NCBI RefSeq assembly: GCF_042231735.1
Contig: NZ_CP102577.1
Coordinates: 3,167,281-3,231,280 of the forward strand
From: Corallococcus exercitus
GTDB lineage: Bacteria; Myxococcota; Myxococcia; Myxococcales; Myxococcaceae
DNA: 64,000 nt
Reading direction: 5' to 3'
In this document: one piece after another, positions 36,501 to 48,583 of the stretch
Numbering within the stretch: the stretch's first letter is position 1
How the letters are laid out: each line of letters starts with the position of its first letter
Notes under the pieces: model-generated
Seen by the model: the letters and a program-made list of their open reading frames with translations, nothing else
Database searches by the model: none
Told to the model about the DNA's origin: nothing
Position numbers and translations under genes: made by a program

Positions 36501-39500
36501 ACCACCGCGCGCCCCTGCCCCGCCGTCAGCTGGCGCTGCTCGACGCGCTGGCGGCCCTGGTACACGTCCATCACCAGCGGCTGGCCCTCGAAGCCGGAGG
36601 CCACCAGCAGCCGCGCCACCTCGCCCACGCGCACGGAGGTGCGCTCCGCCTCCAGCACCGCCGGCAACCCCGCCGGAGCCCGGGCGCCCGCCACCAGGAA
36701 GTCCCGCTGCGCGAGGGCCTTCTGGCCGAACGCATCCGTCGTCTCGTAGCGCAGGCGGTACGCCCCCGCGCGCAGCGCCGGCAGCTTCACCGTGGCGACG
36801 CCGTCCGCGCCATGCGTCACCGCCGCCTGCGCGACCTCCGCGCCGTCGTCCCAGCGCCGCAGCGTCTGCTCCACGTCGAAGGCCGTCTCCCAGCGCGGCT
36901 TGAGCACGTCACCCGGCGTGGGCGACGTCTCCTTGCGCTCCTGGGCGTCCGCGTCCAGGGGACGGGGCTTCTCCACCGACACCTCCGAGGGCAGCAGCGG
37001 GCGCCCGGGGGCCTTCAAGGCGATGAGCCGCCAGCGCCCCGGGCCGGCCTGCGGAGCGCCATCCAGGTTCGAGCGGACGAGCCGCACCTCCGACGGGAAG
37101 TCCTCGCGCACGAAGCCCACGTCGGACTCCACGCGGCCCTCCACCGACACGAAGCCCAGGCGGAAGGAGCGGCTCGCGGAGCGCGTCTCGCCGCCCTCGT
37201 CCGTCAGGTCCGCCTCCACGCGGTAGCGCCACGACATGCCCTGCGCCTTCGCGAGCCGCTCGTCCGCCTCCGGGGTGAACGCCACGGTGAAGCCACCGTC
37301 CTCGCCCACCGTGGCCGTACCGGAGGCCACCAGCTCCGACGTGGCCGCGATGCGCTCCCAGAACCACCAGGGCGGCAGCACCGGCTCACGCGACACGCGC
37401 CACTTCACCGCGCCGCGCGTCACCGGCAGGCCGAAGTAGTAGCGCGCCTCGCCCTGGAACGTGGCGCGCCGGTTGAGCCGCAGCGCCTCGGGGGCGTCCT
37501 TCAGCGTCACCTCGAAGGTGGGCCGCTTGTACTCCTCCACGCGCACGCTGGCGTAGCCGTGGGGGCTCGTCCGCACGGTCCACTGGCCCAGGGGCCGTCC
37601 CGCGGGCAGGTCGAACTCGCCGGCCACCGAGCCGAACGTGTTGGTGCGCGCCTCGCGTTTGGCGACCTCCTGGCCGTTGGGGTCCATGAGCGACACCGTC
37701 ACCGGCGAATCCGCGAGGACGCGGTACCGCTTCGACGCCTCCTCCGGGTGGTAGGCCACCACCTTCCAAAGCAGCTTCTGCTGGGGGCGGTAGACGGCGC
37801 GGTCCGTGTAGATGAGCGCCTGGTCCTGCGGCGTGGAGGTGTAGGACGGAGACAGGTACACCGAGCCCGGGAACACCATCGCGCCCCGGCCCCGGCCCAC
37901 CACCAGCATCATGTTCTCGTAGCGGTCGGAGTCCGCGCCCTCCACCCGCAGGTCACCGTTCGCGTCGGTGCGGCGGCTGACGATGCCGAAGCGGCGCGTG
38001 CGGTAGTCCGGCTTCACCAGCCGCACCTCCACCTGCGGCGCACCCGCCCCCGTGGCGCCGTCCACCACGCGCAGCTCCACCTGGTTGGAGTGGGCCTTGC
38101 GCACCGTCACCGCCCAGGGCGACACGGACATCGGCAGGGAGACGAGCTTGCTGTGCTTCTTCGCGAAGTCCTCGCGCGTGGACAGCACGATGATGTACGT
38201 GCCCGGCTTGAGCGGCGGCGGGGTCACGAAGGTCTGGTGCCGCTGGAAGTCGGGCGTGGGCGGCAGCGCCGTGCTCCACGCGGCGTCCGGCTTGCGCGCC
38301 GCGACCAGGCGCAGCACCTCGTCACCCGCGGCGAGCAGCGACAGGTCCGCGTCCGGCTTCGCGAGCCGCGCCTCCACGTCCAGCGCGTACGCCCGGAAGT
38401 ACACCGTGCCCAGGTTGCGGTGCTGCACCGCGAGGGAGCGCCGGCCCGGCCCGTCCACCTGCATCACCGAGGCGTACACCTCCGGCGCCTCCAGCCTCGC
38501 CACCAGCGCCGCGCACTGCGCGCCTCCCACCGACTTCGGCCACGCCTCCGCGCCCGCCTTCGCCAGCGCGTGCGCGGTGATGGCGCGGCCCGCCCGCTCC
38601 TCCAGCTCCGCGAGCTGGCGCTGCCCCGTGGACCACCACGGCACGTCCCGGAAGCCCTTCAGGTGCGCGGCCAGGTGCTCCCGGATGCGCCGCTGATCCG
38701 CGGCGTCCGTGAACGACCGCGTCAGGACCTCGTAGCGCCGCAGCCGCGCCTCCAGCGCCGCCTCGCGCCGGCCCGCCGCCAGGTGCCACGCCTCCAGGTC
38801 CCCCAGCACCGCCGCCACCTTCGTCAGCGGATGCGCGGACGGGTCCTTCAGCTCCACCTTCGGCGTGCCCTCCAGGAGCGCGCCCAGGTCCAGCCGGTAC
38901 ACCCCCTGCTCCTGCTCCGGGCGCCACAGGTCCGTGGCCTCCAGCGACGCCACCCACAGGTACGTCACCGCGTCGCGGATCGTGGAGCGGATGCCCTCCG
39001 GGTACGTGTTGGGCTGGAGGTACTCGGACAGCGCCTTCACCGGCTCGGTGCCGAACTTCTGGCGCTGCTCCCAGACGGCGGCGTACGCGCGCTGGAGCTC
39101 CGCCGTCAGCTGATCCTTCGTCCACGCCTTCAGGTCCACCGGCCCGGAGGACACCACCTGCTCGCGCCGGCCAATCTCGTAGCCGTACTCGCGCACGTAG
39201 TTCGCGAGCACCGCCGCGTAGAACAGCTGGAGCGTGGCCTGCTGCCGCGGCCCCTCCGGCCAGGGCTGCTCCTTCAGGAAGCGCACCGTCGTCTCGTAGC
39301 CGTGAAGCCGCGTGCGCAGCTGCACCGTGCGGATCAGCGCGCGCGTCCACTCGTCCGCGTCCCCCTGGGCCTTCGCCGCGGCGAGCCGGGCCTCGGCCCC
39401 CTGCGCGGCGGACTCCACCTTGTCCTCATCGACGAGCGCGTCGATGGCCTTCCACGTCGGGGGCGCCTTCGCGGGGGCCGCCACGGACACGGAGGACAGC

Positions 39501-39559
39501 AGGAGACACAACAGGCACGACACGACGGCCAGAATGCGCGGGCGCGGAGGAGAAGACAT
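33506..39559 (-). CDS. Alpha-2-macroglobulin family protein (bacterial A2M) with intact CxEQ thioester
   Basis: 2017 aa with a signal peptide, MG-domain-like repeats and the thioester motif PYECTEQT. The typical PbpC partner is absent. Confidence 0.8.
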   Translation of the reverse strand: MSSPPRPRILAVVSCLLCLLLSSVSVAAPAKAPPTWKAIDALVDEDKVESAAQGAEARLAAAKAQGDADEWTRALIRTVQLRTRLHGYETTVRFLKEQPWPEGPRQQATLQLFYAAVLANYVREYGYEIGRREQVVSSGPVDLKAWTKDQLTAELQRAYAAVWEQRQKFGTEPVKALSEYLQPNTYPEGIRSTIRDAVTYLWVASLEATDLWRPEQEQGVYRLDLGALLEGTPKVELKDPSAHPLTKVAAVLGDLEAWHLAAGRREAALEARLRRYEVLTRSFTDAADQRRIREHLAAHLKGFRDVPWWSTGQRQLAELEERAGRAITAHALAKAGAEAWPKSVGGAQCAALVARLEAPEVYASVMQVDGPGRRSLAVQHRNLGTVYFRAYALDVEARLAKPDADLSLLAAGDEVLRLVAARKPDAAWSTALPPTPDFQRHQTFVTPPPLKPGTYIIVLSTREDFAKKHSKLVSLPMSVSPWAVTVRKAHSNQVELRVVDGATGAGAPQVEVRLVKPDYRTRRFGIVSRRTDANGDLRVEGADSDRYENMMLVVGRGRGAMVFPGSVYLSPSYTSTPQDQALIYTDRAVYRPQQKLLWKVVAYHPEEASKRYRVLADSPVTVSLMDPNGQEVAKREARTNTFGSVAGEFDLPAGRPLGQWTVRTSPHGYASVRVEEYKRPTFEVTLKDAPEALRLNRRATFQGEARYYFGLPVTRGAVKWRVSREPVLPPWWFWERIAATSELVASGTATVGEDGGFTVAFTPEADERLAKAQGMSWRYRVEADLTDEGGETRSASRSFRLGFVSVEGRVESDVGFVREDFPSEVRLVRSNLDGAPQAGPGRWRLIALKAPGRPLLPSEVSVEKPRPLDADAQERKETSPTPGDVLKPRWETAFDVEQTLRRWDDGAEVAQAAVTHGADGVATVKLPALRAGAYRLRYETTDAFGQKALAQRDFLVAGARAPAGLPAVLEAERTSVRVGEVARLLVASGFEGQPLVMDVYQGRQRVEQRQLTAGQGRAVVELPVTEALRGGFTVVLTLVRDWQSMSFQQTVAVPFDDKELSLEFATFRDTLRPGAKETFRVTVKGPKGAKLEAGAAELLAYMYDQSLNVFGPHTPPQVAQLYPQQTVYVDFRSSGGSFGGDWLFDELDQRRTSPPEPSGDTLKFGEGYGLGGPGYRNRRYFGERRRVMAAKPGAVQRESADAAPPPPPPPAPSRSASGRPVLEQKRREIIQIIKGAPGAPEPGASEEPLRSNFAETAFWIPQLLTGPDGAAVLEFTVPDSVTAWDVWVHALTRDLRGGSAQRSTRSVKELMVRPYLPRFLREGDRAELEVVVNNAGAQTQQGQLTLDIVDPDTQKSLLADFGVKTATQAFTVAAGKGTHLRFPLTAPARVGPVAFRVVAKAGAFSDGELRPVPVLPGRMHLAQSRTVTLRDQDRRTLTFEDLKSANDPTRVNEQLVVTVDAQLFYSVLQALPYLVDYPYECTEQTLNRFVSTGIVSSLFDKYPAVAKVARDLSQRSTRFETFDDVDPNRKMALEETPWLNEAKGGAESNDALLRVLDPKVAQAQRESSQEKLRKAQNADGGFPWWPGGPSSPYMTLYILHGLSRAMEHGVEVSPAMTEPAWGYLATHFRSDYSNRLMKKDLGWEFLTFLNFVASAYPDARYTGEALTAAERQRMLDFSYKHWKKHSPYLKGYLALTLNRAKRNKDALKVWDSVMDSAKTTQDQGTSWAPEDRGWLWYNDTTETHAFALRTLSELRPKDPRRSGLALWLLLDKKLGHWKSTRATAEALYALVNYMEAEGSLSVREELKVTVGSKVVPMSFSPDVYTGKKNQVVLTGREVNADTATTVVEKTTPGFAIASATWHFSTEELPKEERGDFFQVSRRYFVRIREGTQTLLRPLSDGATLRPGDEVEVQLSLRLKHAAEYVHLRDPRAAGLEPENAQSRHKWDLGIVWYEETRDSGTNFFFEALPVGEYTFKYRLRANLAGTFRVGPATVQSMYAPEFTAYSTGTVLTVDRAP

Positions 39560-39610
39560 AGGGGCGGCACTCTAGACGCCGCCCGCGCCCCTGGCGTTCC
39601 CTTCGCTGTT

Positions 39611-40228
39611 TCAGGGAGTGGCGGCGGGCCCCCGGCGCCGCAGCCCCACCACGTAGACCTCCATGCTGGCGCCGCGCGTGGCCTCCGGCCGGACGATCTT
39701 CACCTCCTCGAAGTGCTGGCGCACCTCGTCACGGAAGGCCTCGAAGTCGCCGCCCATGAAGACCTTGGCCACGAACGTGCCCCCGGGCTTGCCGCGCGCC
39801 GCGGCCACCTCCAGCGCCTTGCCCGCCAGCCGCAGGCTGCGCGCCTCGTCCGTGCCCTTGATGCCGGACGTCTTGGGCGCCATGTCGGAGATGACCGCGT
39901 CGTAGGGCCCGTCGTACATCGCGGCCAGCTTCGCGTCGAAGTCGTCCGCGAGCACGTCCAGCACCGCCGTCGTCACCCACTTCTGGGAGAACGGCCGGAT
40001 GGCCACGATGTCCACGCCGATGACGCGCCCGTGCATGCCCACCGCGTCCGCCAGGATCTGGAGGAAGCCGCCCGGCGCCGCGCCCAGGTCCAGCACCGCC
40101 GCGCCCTTCTTCACGGACGTAGGAAAGCGCTTGAGGATCTCGTCGACCTTGAAGGCCGAGCGCGCTCTCAGTCCCTCTTGCTTGGCTTTCTGGAAATAGT
40201 GGTCTTTAGGACGGTAGGGCTTGCCCAT
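39611..40228 (-). CDS. rlmE: 23S rRNA (uridine2552-2'-O)-methyltransferase RlmE/FtsJ
   Basis: RSAFKVDEILKRF and the SAM motif VLDLGAAPGGF. ATG at 40228 (MGKPYRPKDHYFQKAK...). Confidence 0.85.
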   Translation of the reverse strand: MGKPYRPKDHYFQKAKQEGLRARSAFKVDEILKRFPTSVKKGAAVLDLGAAPGGFLQILADAVGMHGRVIGVDIVAIRPFSQKWVTTAVLDVLADDFDAKLAAMYDGPYDAVISDMAPKTSGIKGTDEARSLRLAGKALEVAAARGKPGGTFVAKVFMGGDFEAFRDEVRQHFEEVKIVRPEATRGASMEVYVVGLRRRGPAATP

Positions 40229-40328
40229 GTCAGAAGCCGTCCCTAGCATCCGCTACTGTCTTCGGAAAGCCGGAGCAGTCGCGGCCTGTTCATTGGCCGC
40301 GCCATCGGATATCCGGAGGGTTGGTGGC

Positions 40329-40736
40329 ATGGGCACCCGGAGCGTGACAGCGGCCTTGTGCATCTCCCTGTTCTTCGCGGGCGGGGCTGCGTTCTGCTAC
40401 GCGCGGGCGGAAGGCCTCCAGGCGGAGGGGCGCTGGCTGATGGCCCGGGGCAGCGCCCAGGCCACCGACTTCGCCCAGAAGCTGGACGGCTCCTCCGTGG
40501 ATGCCCAGCTCAAGACGTTCAAGGAACGCCGCGGCGTGATGGAGCAGGCCCACCGCTGGCAGCGCGGCATGCTGCTGGGCATCATGGCCGCCGTCCTGTC
40601 CGCCCTGTCCGCCTACGTCCTCTTCCTCCTCAAGCGGCTGGACGACCAGCTCCTGGACGCCACCGGCGAGCTGCGCCGGCCCCAGGAAGCCTCCTCCCTG
40701 CCCGCCCCGGCGTTCGCGCCCAGCGTCCAGCGCTAG
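40329..40736 (+). CDS. Hypothetical two-TM membrane protein
   Basis: MGTRSVTAALCISLFFAGGAAFCYA...LLGIMAAVLSALSAYVLFLL; start chosen at the internal ATG. Confidence 0.3.
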   Translation: MGTRSVTAALCISLFFAGGAAFCYARAEGLQAEGRWLMARGSAQATDFAQKLDGSSVDAQLKTFKERRGVMEQAHRWQRGMLLGIMAAVLSALSAYVLFLLKRLDDQLLDATGELRRPQEASSLPAPAFAPSVQR

Positions 40737-40782
40737 GAGTCTGGCAGGATGCGCCCCGTTGTTGTCTGACGGGGAGGACGCC

Positions 40783-41070
40783 ATGCCCGGCTGCGCGCAC
40801 TGCGGACGCACGCTCGACATCATCGCGAATCAAGTCGGCCGGCGCGACACGTGCCCCGGCTGTGAGGAGGACCTGCGCTCGTGCCGCAACTGCCGGCACT
40901 TCGACGAGTCCGTGGCCAAGGCCTGCAAGGAGCCCTTCGCGGAGGTGCCCCGCGACAAGGACGAGGCCAACTTCTGCGAGCTCTTCCAGCTGGGCGAGGG
41001 CGGCCTGCACCAGAAGGACTCCCGCGACGCGATGCTCAGCGCCGCGGAGGCCCTCTTCGGCAGGAAGTAG
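40783..41070 (+). CDS. Small Cys-rich zinc-ribbon protein (three CxxC pairs)
   Basis: MPGCAHCGRT...CPGCEEDLRSCRNCRHFDESVAKACKEPF...FCELF. Confidence 0.35.
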   Translation: MPGCAHCGRTLDIIANQVGRRDTCPGCEEDLRSCRNCRHFDESVAKACKEPFAEVPRDKDEANFCELFQLGEGGLHQKDSRDAMLSAAEALFGRK

Positions 41071-42210
41071 CTAGAAGCCGTACAGCTTGGAGATGATCTC
41101 CTTCATCACCTCGGAGGTGCCGCCGCCGATGGTGATGAGCCGCACGTCGCGCCACATGCGCGCGATGGGCGTCTCCTCGATGTAGCCCATGCCGCCGAAG
41201 AACTGCTGGCAGTCGTAGGCCACGCGCTGGGCCAGGTCCCCGGCGAAGAGCTTCGCCATGGAGATCTCCTTCACCGGGTTCTCCTTCCGGTCGTAGAGGT
41301 CCACCGCGTGGTAGTTGAGCCGCCGCGCCGCCTCCACCGCCGTCAGGTGCTCCACGAACTTGTGGCGCCACACCTGGAACTTGATCAGCGGCCGGCCGAA
41401 CGCCTCGCGCTCGTTGCCGTACTGGAGCGCGTCCTCCAGCATCCGGTCCATGCCGCCCACCGTGGTGATGGCGCCCACCAGGCGCTCACCCTGGAAGTTG
41501 GTCATGATGTGGTAGAAGCCCTGGTTCTCCTCGCCCAGCACGTAGCGCGCGGGGATGCGGCAGTCCTCGAAGTAGAGGATGGCCGTGTCCGAGGACAGGT
41601 TGCCCACCTTGTCCAGCTTCTTGGAGACGCCGAACCCCTTCACGTCCGTGGGGAACGTCACCAGCGAGATGCCGCCGTAGCCCTCCTCCCCCGTGCGCAC
41701 CGCCAGCGTGATGAAGTCCGCGCGCGTGCCGTTGGTGATCCACATCTTGGAGCCGTTGATGACGTAGTCGTCACCGTCGCGGCGCGCCGTCGTCTTGATG
41801 CTCGCCACGTCGGAGCCGCAGCCCGGCTCGCTCACGCCCAGCGCCGCGATTTTCTCGCCCTTGAGCGCGGGCTCCAGGAACTCGCGCTTCTGCTCGTCGG
41901 TGCCAATCTCGTTGATGATGGGCGTGGCCATCTGGCTCTGCACCAGGAGCGCCATGTTCACGCCCGCGTTGCGGCTGCGCGACAGCTCCTCCGCGAACGC
42001 CGTCACGTACCAGTAGTCCAGGCCGCTGCCGCCGTACTTCGGGTCGTGGTTGATGCCCAGGAAGCCCAGCTCGCCGCACTTCTTGAACAGCTCGCGGGGG
42101 AAGATGCCCGCCCGGTCCCAGTCCAGGCCATGGGGCGCCATCTCCTTCTCCACGAAGGCACGCACCGACCTGCGAAACGCCTCGTGCTCCTCGGTGAACG
42201 GGTTGAGCAT
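41071..42210 (-). CDS. Acyl-CoA dehydrogenase
   Basis: Full-length ACAD fold (379 aa): N-terminal helical domain, middle beta domain (GSKMWITNG) and C-terminal domain with catalytic Glu region. Confidence 0.85.
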   Translation of the reverse strand: MLNPFTEEHEAFRRSVRAFVEKEMAPHGLDWDRAGIFPRELFKKCGELGFLGINHDPKYGGSGLDYWYVTAFAEELSRSRNAGVNMALLVQSQMATPIINEIGTDEQKREFLEPALKGEKIAALGVSEPGCGSDVASIKTTARRDGDDYVINGSKMWITNGTRADFITLAVRTGEEGYGGISLVTFPTDVKGFGVSKKLDKVGNLSSDTAILYFEDCRIPARYVLGEENQGFYHIMTNFQGERLVGAITTVGGMDRMLEDALQYGNEREAFGRPLIKFQVWRHKFVEHLTAVEAARRLNYHAVDLYDRKENPVKEISMAKLFAGDLAQRVAYDCQQFFGGMGYIEETPIARMWRDVRLITIGGGTSEVMKEIISKLYGF

Positions 42211-42439
42211 CGCGAGTCCTCGGGGGTTGTCCCGCTGTGGGTTGATTCGCGAGTCAATAGCAGGCGCCCACCGTCAGCCACAAGCGACGCCCCCCGTCCC
42301 TGCCGCCCGCGACGCCCGCCTCCCTGGTGACGCAGCGCACGGGTGACGGTGTTGTGAAGAAGTCTTGAGGGCCGGGGGGCAGGCAGCCAAGCCCGCAGGA
42401 TGACTGGGGAGTGGATAGTCCGCACTCCGGAGTATCCTC

Positions 42440-42486
42440 TTGACAGATAATCGAGTGTCGGTAATTTCTAGCCCACAAAGAAATTA
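42440..42486 (+). promoter_or_regulatory. Candidate promoter (TTGACA-N16-TAATTT) overlapped by an inverted repeat TAATTTCT-N9-AGAAATTA; possible operator for the operon-encoded MarR
   Basis: TTGACA at 42440-42445. The IR at 42462-42486 overlaps the -10. It lies 58 bp upstream of the efflux-operon start. Confidence 0.35.
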
Positions 42487-42543
42487 GCCGGAGCAGGTGC
42501 CAGGGCGGGTGTCCCGCCGGCGAACCGGCAGGAGTTCGGACGC

Positions 42544-43644
42544 GTGAATCAGCGAATCTTGGCTGCCGTGGTGGCCGTGGCGGTGTCGACGGCGGGGTGC
42601 TCGAAGGCGGGCGCGGAGAAGGCGCAGCTGCCGACGCAGCAAGAGGGCTCCACCGCACTGGGAGTCAAGGCGATCACGCCGGCCACGGAGCTGGAGCAGA
42701 ACGTGACGCGCGTCACCGGCCAGGTGCGCTCCAAGCAGGAGGCCGTCCTGGGTCCCCAGGCGACGGGCACGCTGGCGAAGGTGAACGTCCGGGTGGGCGA
42801 CAAGGTGAAGAAGGGCGACGTGCTGGCGCAGCTGGACACGTCCAACGTGAGCATCGCGGTGGACCAGGCGAAGGCGGCCAAGGACATGGCGGACGCCGCG
42901 CTGCAGCTGGCCTCCAGCAACCTGGAGCGCATGCGCAAGGTGGCCGAGTCCGGCGGCGTCGCGGCCAACACCCTGGAGCAGGCGGAGATCGGCCAGAAGC
43001 AGGCCGCGGCCCAGGCGGCCCAGGCCGGCGCGGCGTACCGGCTGGCGGTGGAGAACCTGCGGGACCACTCCATCATCGCGCCCTTCAACGGCATCATCAC
43101 CGCGCGCACGAAGAACGTGGGTGACTCGGTGGCGATGACGCCCTCCACCCCGGTGTTCTCCATCGTGGACGCGGACGGGCTGGAGATCCGGATGCTGGTG
43201 CCGGAGTCCGTCATCGACAACGTGGCGCCGGGCACCGTGACGCCGGGCACCGTGAACCCCAGCGGCATGCGCTTCGAGGCGAAGGTGGCCAACGTGGGCG
43301 CCGTCATCGACGCGCAGAGCCGCACCGTGGAGGTGCTGGCGGACGTGACGGGCACCCCGGAGCGCCCGCTGCGCCCCGGCGCGCTGGTGGAGATGGACTT
43401 CTCCAAGGCCGCGGGGGACGCGGGCAACGGCCTGTTCCTGCCGGCGCAGGCGGTCAGCAGCAAGGGCCAGGACGGCTTCGTGTGGGTGGTGCAGGACGGC
43501 ACCGTGCGCAAGCGCGACGTGCGCGTGCAGCGGGTGCTGCCGGGCTACGTGAAGGTGCTGCAGGGCCTGACGGCGGAGGAGCGCGTGCTCGCCGACGCCT
43601 CGTTGGACGTCAAGGAGGGAACCGCAGTGCGCGTGGCGCAGTAG
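42544..43644 (+). CDS. RND efflux periplasmic adaptor (membrane fusion protein, HlyD family) lipoprotein
   Basis: Lipobox LSTAGCS, coiled-coil hairpin and beta-barrel/MP domains typical of the AcrA/MexA family. Confidence 0.85.
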   Translation: MNQRILAAVVAVAVSTAGCSKAGAEKAQLPTQQEGSTALGVKAITPATELEQNVTRVTGQVRSKQEAVLGPQATGTLAKVNVRVGDKVKKGDVLAQLDTSNVSIAVDQAKAAKDMADAALQLASSNLERMRKVAESGGVAANTLEQAEIGQKQAAAQAAQAGAAYRLAVENLRDHSIIAPFNGIITARTKNVGDSVAMTPSTPVFSIVDADGLEIRMLVPESVIDNVAPGTVTPGTVNPSGMRFEAKVANVGAVIDAQSRTVEVLADVTGTPERPLRPGALVEMDFSKAAGDAGNGLFLPAQAVSSKGQDGFVWVVQDGTVRKRDVRVQRVLPGYVKVLQGLTAEERVLADASLDVKEGTAVRVAQ

Positions 43645-43679
43645 CGGTTCCCCCTCTCCTCTTCTTTCTGGGTATCTGA

Positions 43680-46828
<3,149 letters not shown>

Positions 46829-46832
<4 letters not shown>

Positions 46833-47395
46833 TGCGTCGCCCCACCTCCATCACCTCCCCCTCGGAGTCCGAAGCGCGCTCCGAGGGGAAGGACGAGGCC
46901 GCCGAAGAAAAGGCCGCGATGGAGCGCCTGCTCCAGGAAGGGGATCAGTCCACGCCGGACTCACGCCGCTTCATGGGGCTCATCCGGGAGCTGGCCCACT
47001 TCCGCTCCCTGAGGGATCCGCTGGCGAGCCTCTGCGACGACATGCGGCTGACCCCCACCCAGGTGCACGCGCTTGGGTGGCTGGGCATGGATGGCCCCAT
47101 CCAGGTGGGAGTGCTGGCGCAGCGCATCGGCATCACCAAGAAGACCATCACCGGGGTGGTGGACCGCCTGGAGGACATGGGCATGGTGGAGCGCGGCCGG
47201 GACGCGGAGGACCGCCGCGCCGTCACCGCGAAGCTCACCGACCGGGGGTGTGAAATCTACAAGGTCATCCAGCTGATGACGGACGCAGGCATCCGCCGCC
47301 TGATGGGCCTGCTCCCCGAGGACGACCGCGAGGCGCTGTTCGGCATCATCGAACGGATGCTCGCCCGCATGAAGGCCAGCGCCCCGCCGCGCTGA
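46829..47395 (+). CDS. MarR-family transcriptional regulator
   Basis: wHTH region LTPTQVHALGWLGMDGPIQVGVLAQRIGITKKTITGVVDRLEDMGMVERGRDAEDRR. ATGA overlap with the RND gene. Confidence 0.8.
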
Positions 47396-47448
47396 AGAGG
47401 GCACGGCAGGTGCGTGGAGGGGCGCGGGCTGCGACACTGCCCGCGCCC

Positions 47449-48561
47449 ATGCTCCCCTCCTTCGTGGCCCTGCTCGGGCTTGGCCTGAGCGCCGCTCCCC
47501 CACCCTCCCCCGCCGCCCCTTCCGCGTCCGCGGTGCTCCACGCGCAGTGCCGCGTGCACGCGGCGGACCCGTCCCGTCCCTGGGCGCTCGCGCACGGCAT
47601 GGACCTGGACGGGAAGGCCTTCCGCGCACGCGACGGCCGCCCCGCCTCGGACGCCATCGTCGCGGGCTTCCTGCGCCGCGACGCCCCGGACGCGGGGGCC
47701 TCGGCCCGCTACTTCTTCGACGCCTTCACCCCGGACGGCACGCCCGTGGAGCCGCACCCGGCGCTCCAGGTGAAGACCTTCGTGCTCGCGGGATACCCTC
47801 GCTCGCACACGTTCCGCACGGCGTGGGGCAAGGTGACGCTGCGCGAGCTGGTGGCGTCGCTCCAGCACGACTTCCGTCCCGCGCTCGCCGCCTCACCGGA
47901 GGGGGCGTGGGCGCTGGACGCGCTGTCGCACGTGCTGGAGCCCGGGGGCTCGTTCGTCAACGGCGCGGGGGAGACGGTGCGCATCGACGCGGTCATGGAC
48001 ACCGCGCTCTCCACGCTGGAGGCCGCGAACGCGGAGCTGGCCCGGGGCCTGAAGGCGGGCCTTCCCCAGGTGCCCAAGAACAAGCAGGGCATCTACGCGC
48101 ACCCGTGTGGCGGGCTCCACTTCTTCCAGGCCGTCGCGGGCTGGGCGCGCTTCCCCGCCGTGCGCAAGGCGTGGGGCTCGCGGCTGGACGCGCAGGTGGA
48201 CGTGCTGGTGTACCGGCTGGGGTCGGAGACGCGGCAGTACGAGGCCGCGCTCACCGCCGCGCCCGCGTACCGCGTCCCGGTGCTGGTGCAGATGATGAAG
48301 TTCCACGGCCACTTCCTGGAGGCGCTGGGGCGCTACCGGGACGAGACGGGCTGGAAGCCCACGCCCGCGCAGGCCCGCGCGGTGGCGGCGGCGAAGGCCG
48401 CGCTGGAGAGCGCCACGCTCCGGCTGGAGGCCACGGGCGCCTTCCGCGACACCGGGGCCCTGGCCCGGACGCAGCCCCAGCTCGCCCTGGACCTGGTGGG
48501 CGACGCGTGCCACGCGGCGCGCGGCTGGGACCTGTGGGCCCCCTCCGCGAAGCCCCGGTGA
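47449..48561 (+). CDS. Hypothetical secreted protein
   Basis: Signal peptide MLPSFVALLGLGLSAA and high GC3; no recognised family. Contains HPCGGLHFF; its significance is unknown. Confidence 0.4.
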   Translation: MLPSFVALLGLGLSAAPPPSPAAPSASAVLHAQCRVHAADPSRPWALAHGMDLDGKAFRARDGRPASDAIVAGFLRRDAPDAGASARYFFDAFTPDGTPVEPHPALQVKTFVLAGYPRSHTFRTAWGKVTLRELVASLQHDFRPALAASPEGAWALDALSHVLEPGGSFVNGAGETVRIDAVMDTALSTLEAANAELARGLKAGLPQVPKNKQGIYAHPCGGLHFFQAVAGWARFPAVRKAWGSRLDAQVDVLVYRLGSETRQYEAALTAAPAYRVPVLVQMMKFHGHFLEALGRYRDETGWKPTPAQARAVAAAKAALESATLRLEATGAFRDTGALARTQPQLALDLVGDACHAARGWDLWAPSAKPR

Positions 48562-48583
48562 GCCGCGAACGTCGACCCGAGCT

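Noticed and set aside
47449-48561. Possible second EndoU-like domain because of the HPCGGLHFF motif
   Set aside because: Only one short motif is shared with the EndoU protein at 32313 and no other catalytic blocks align. Treated as hypothetical.
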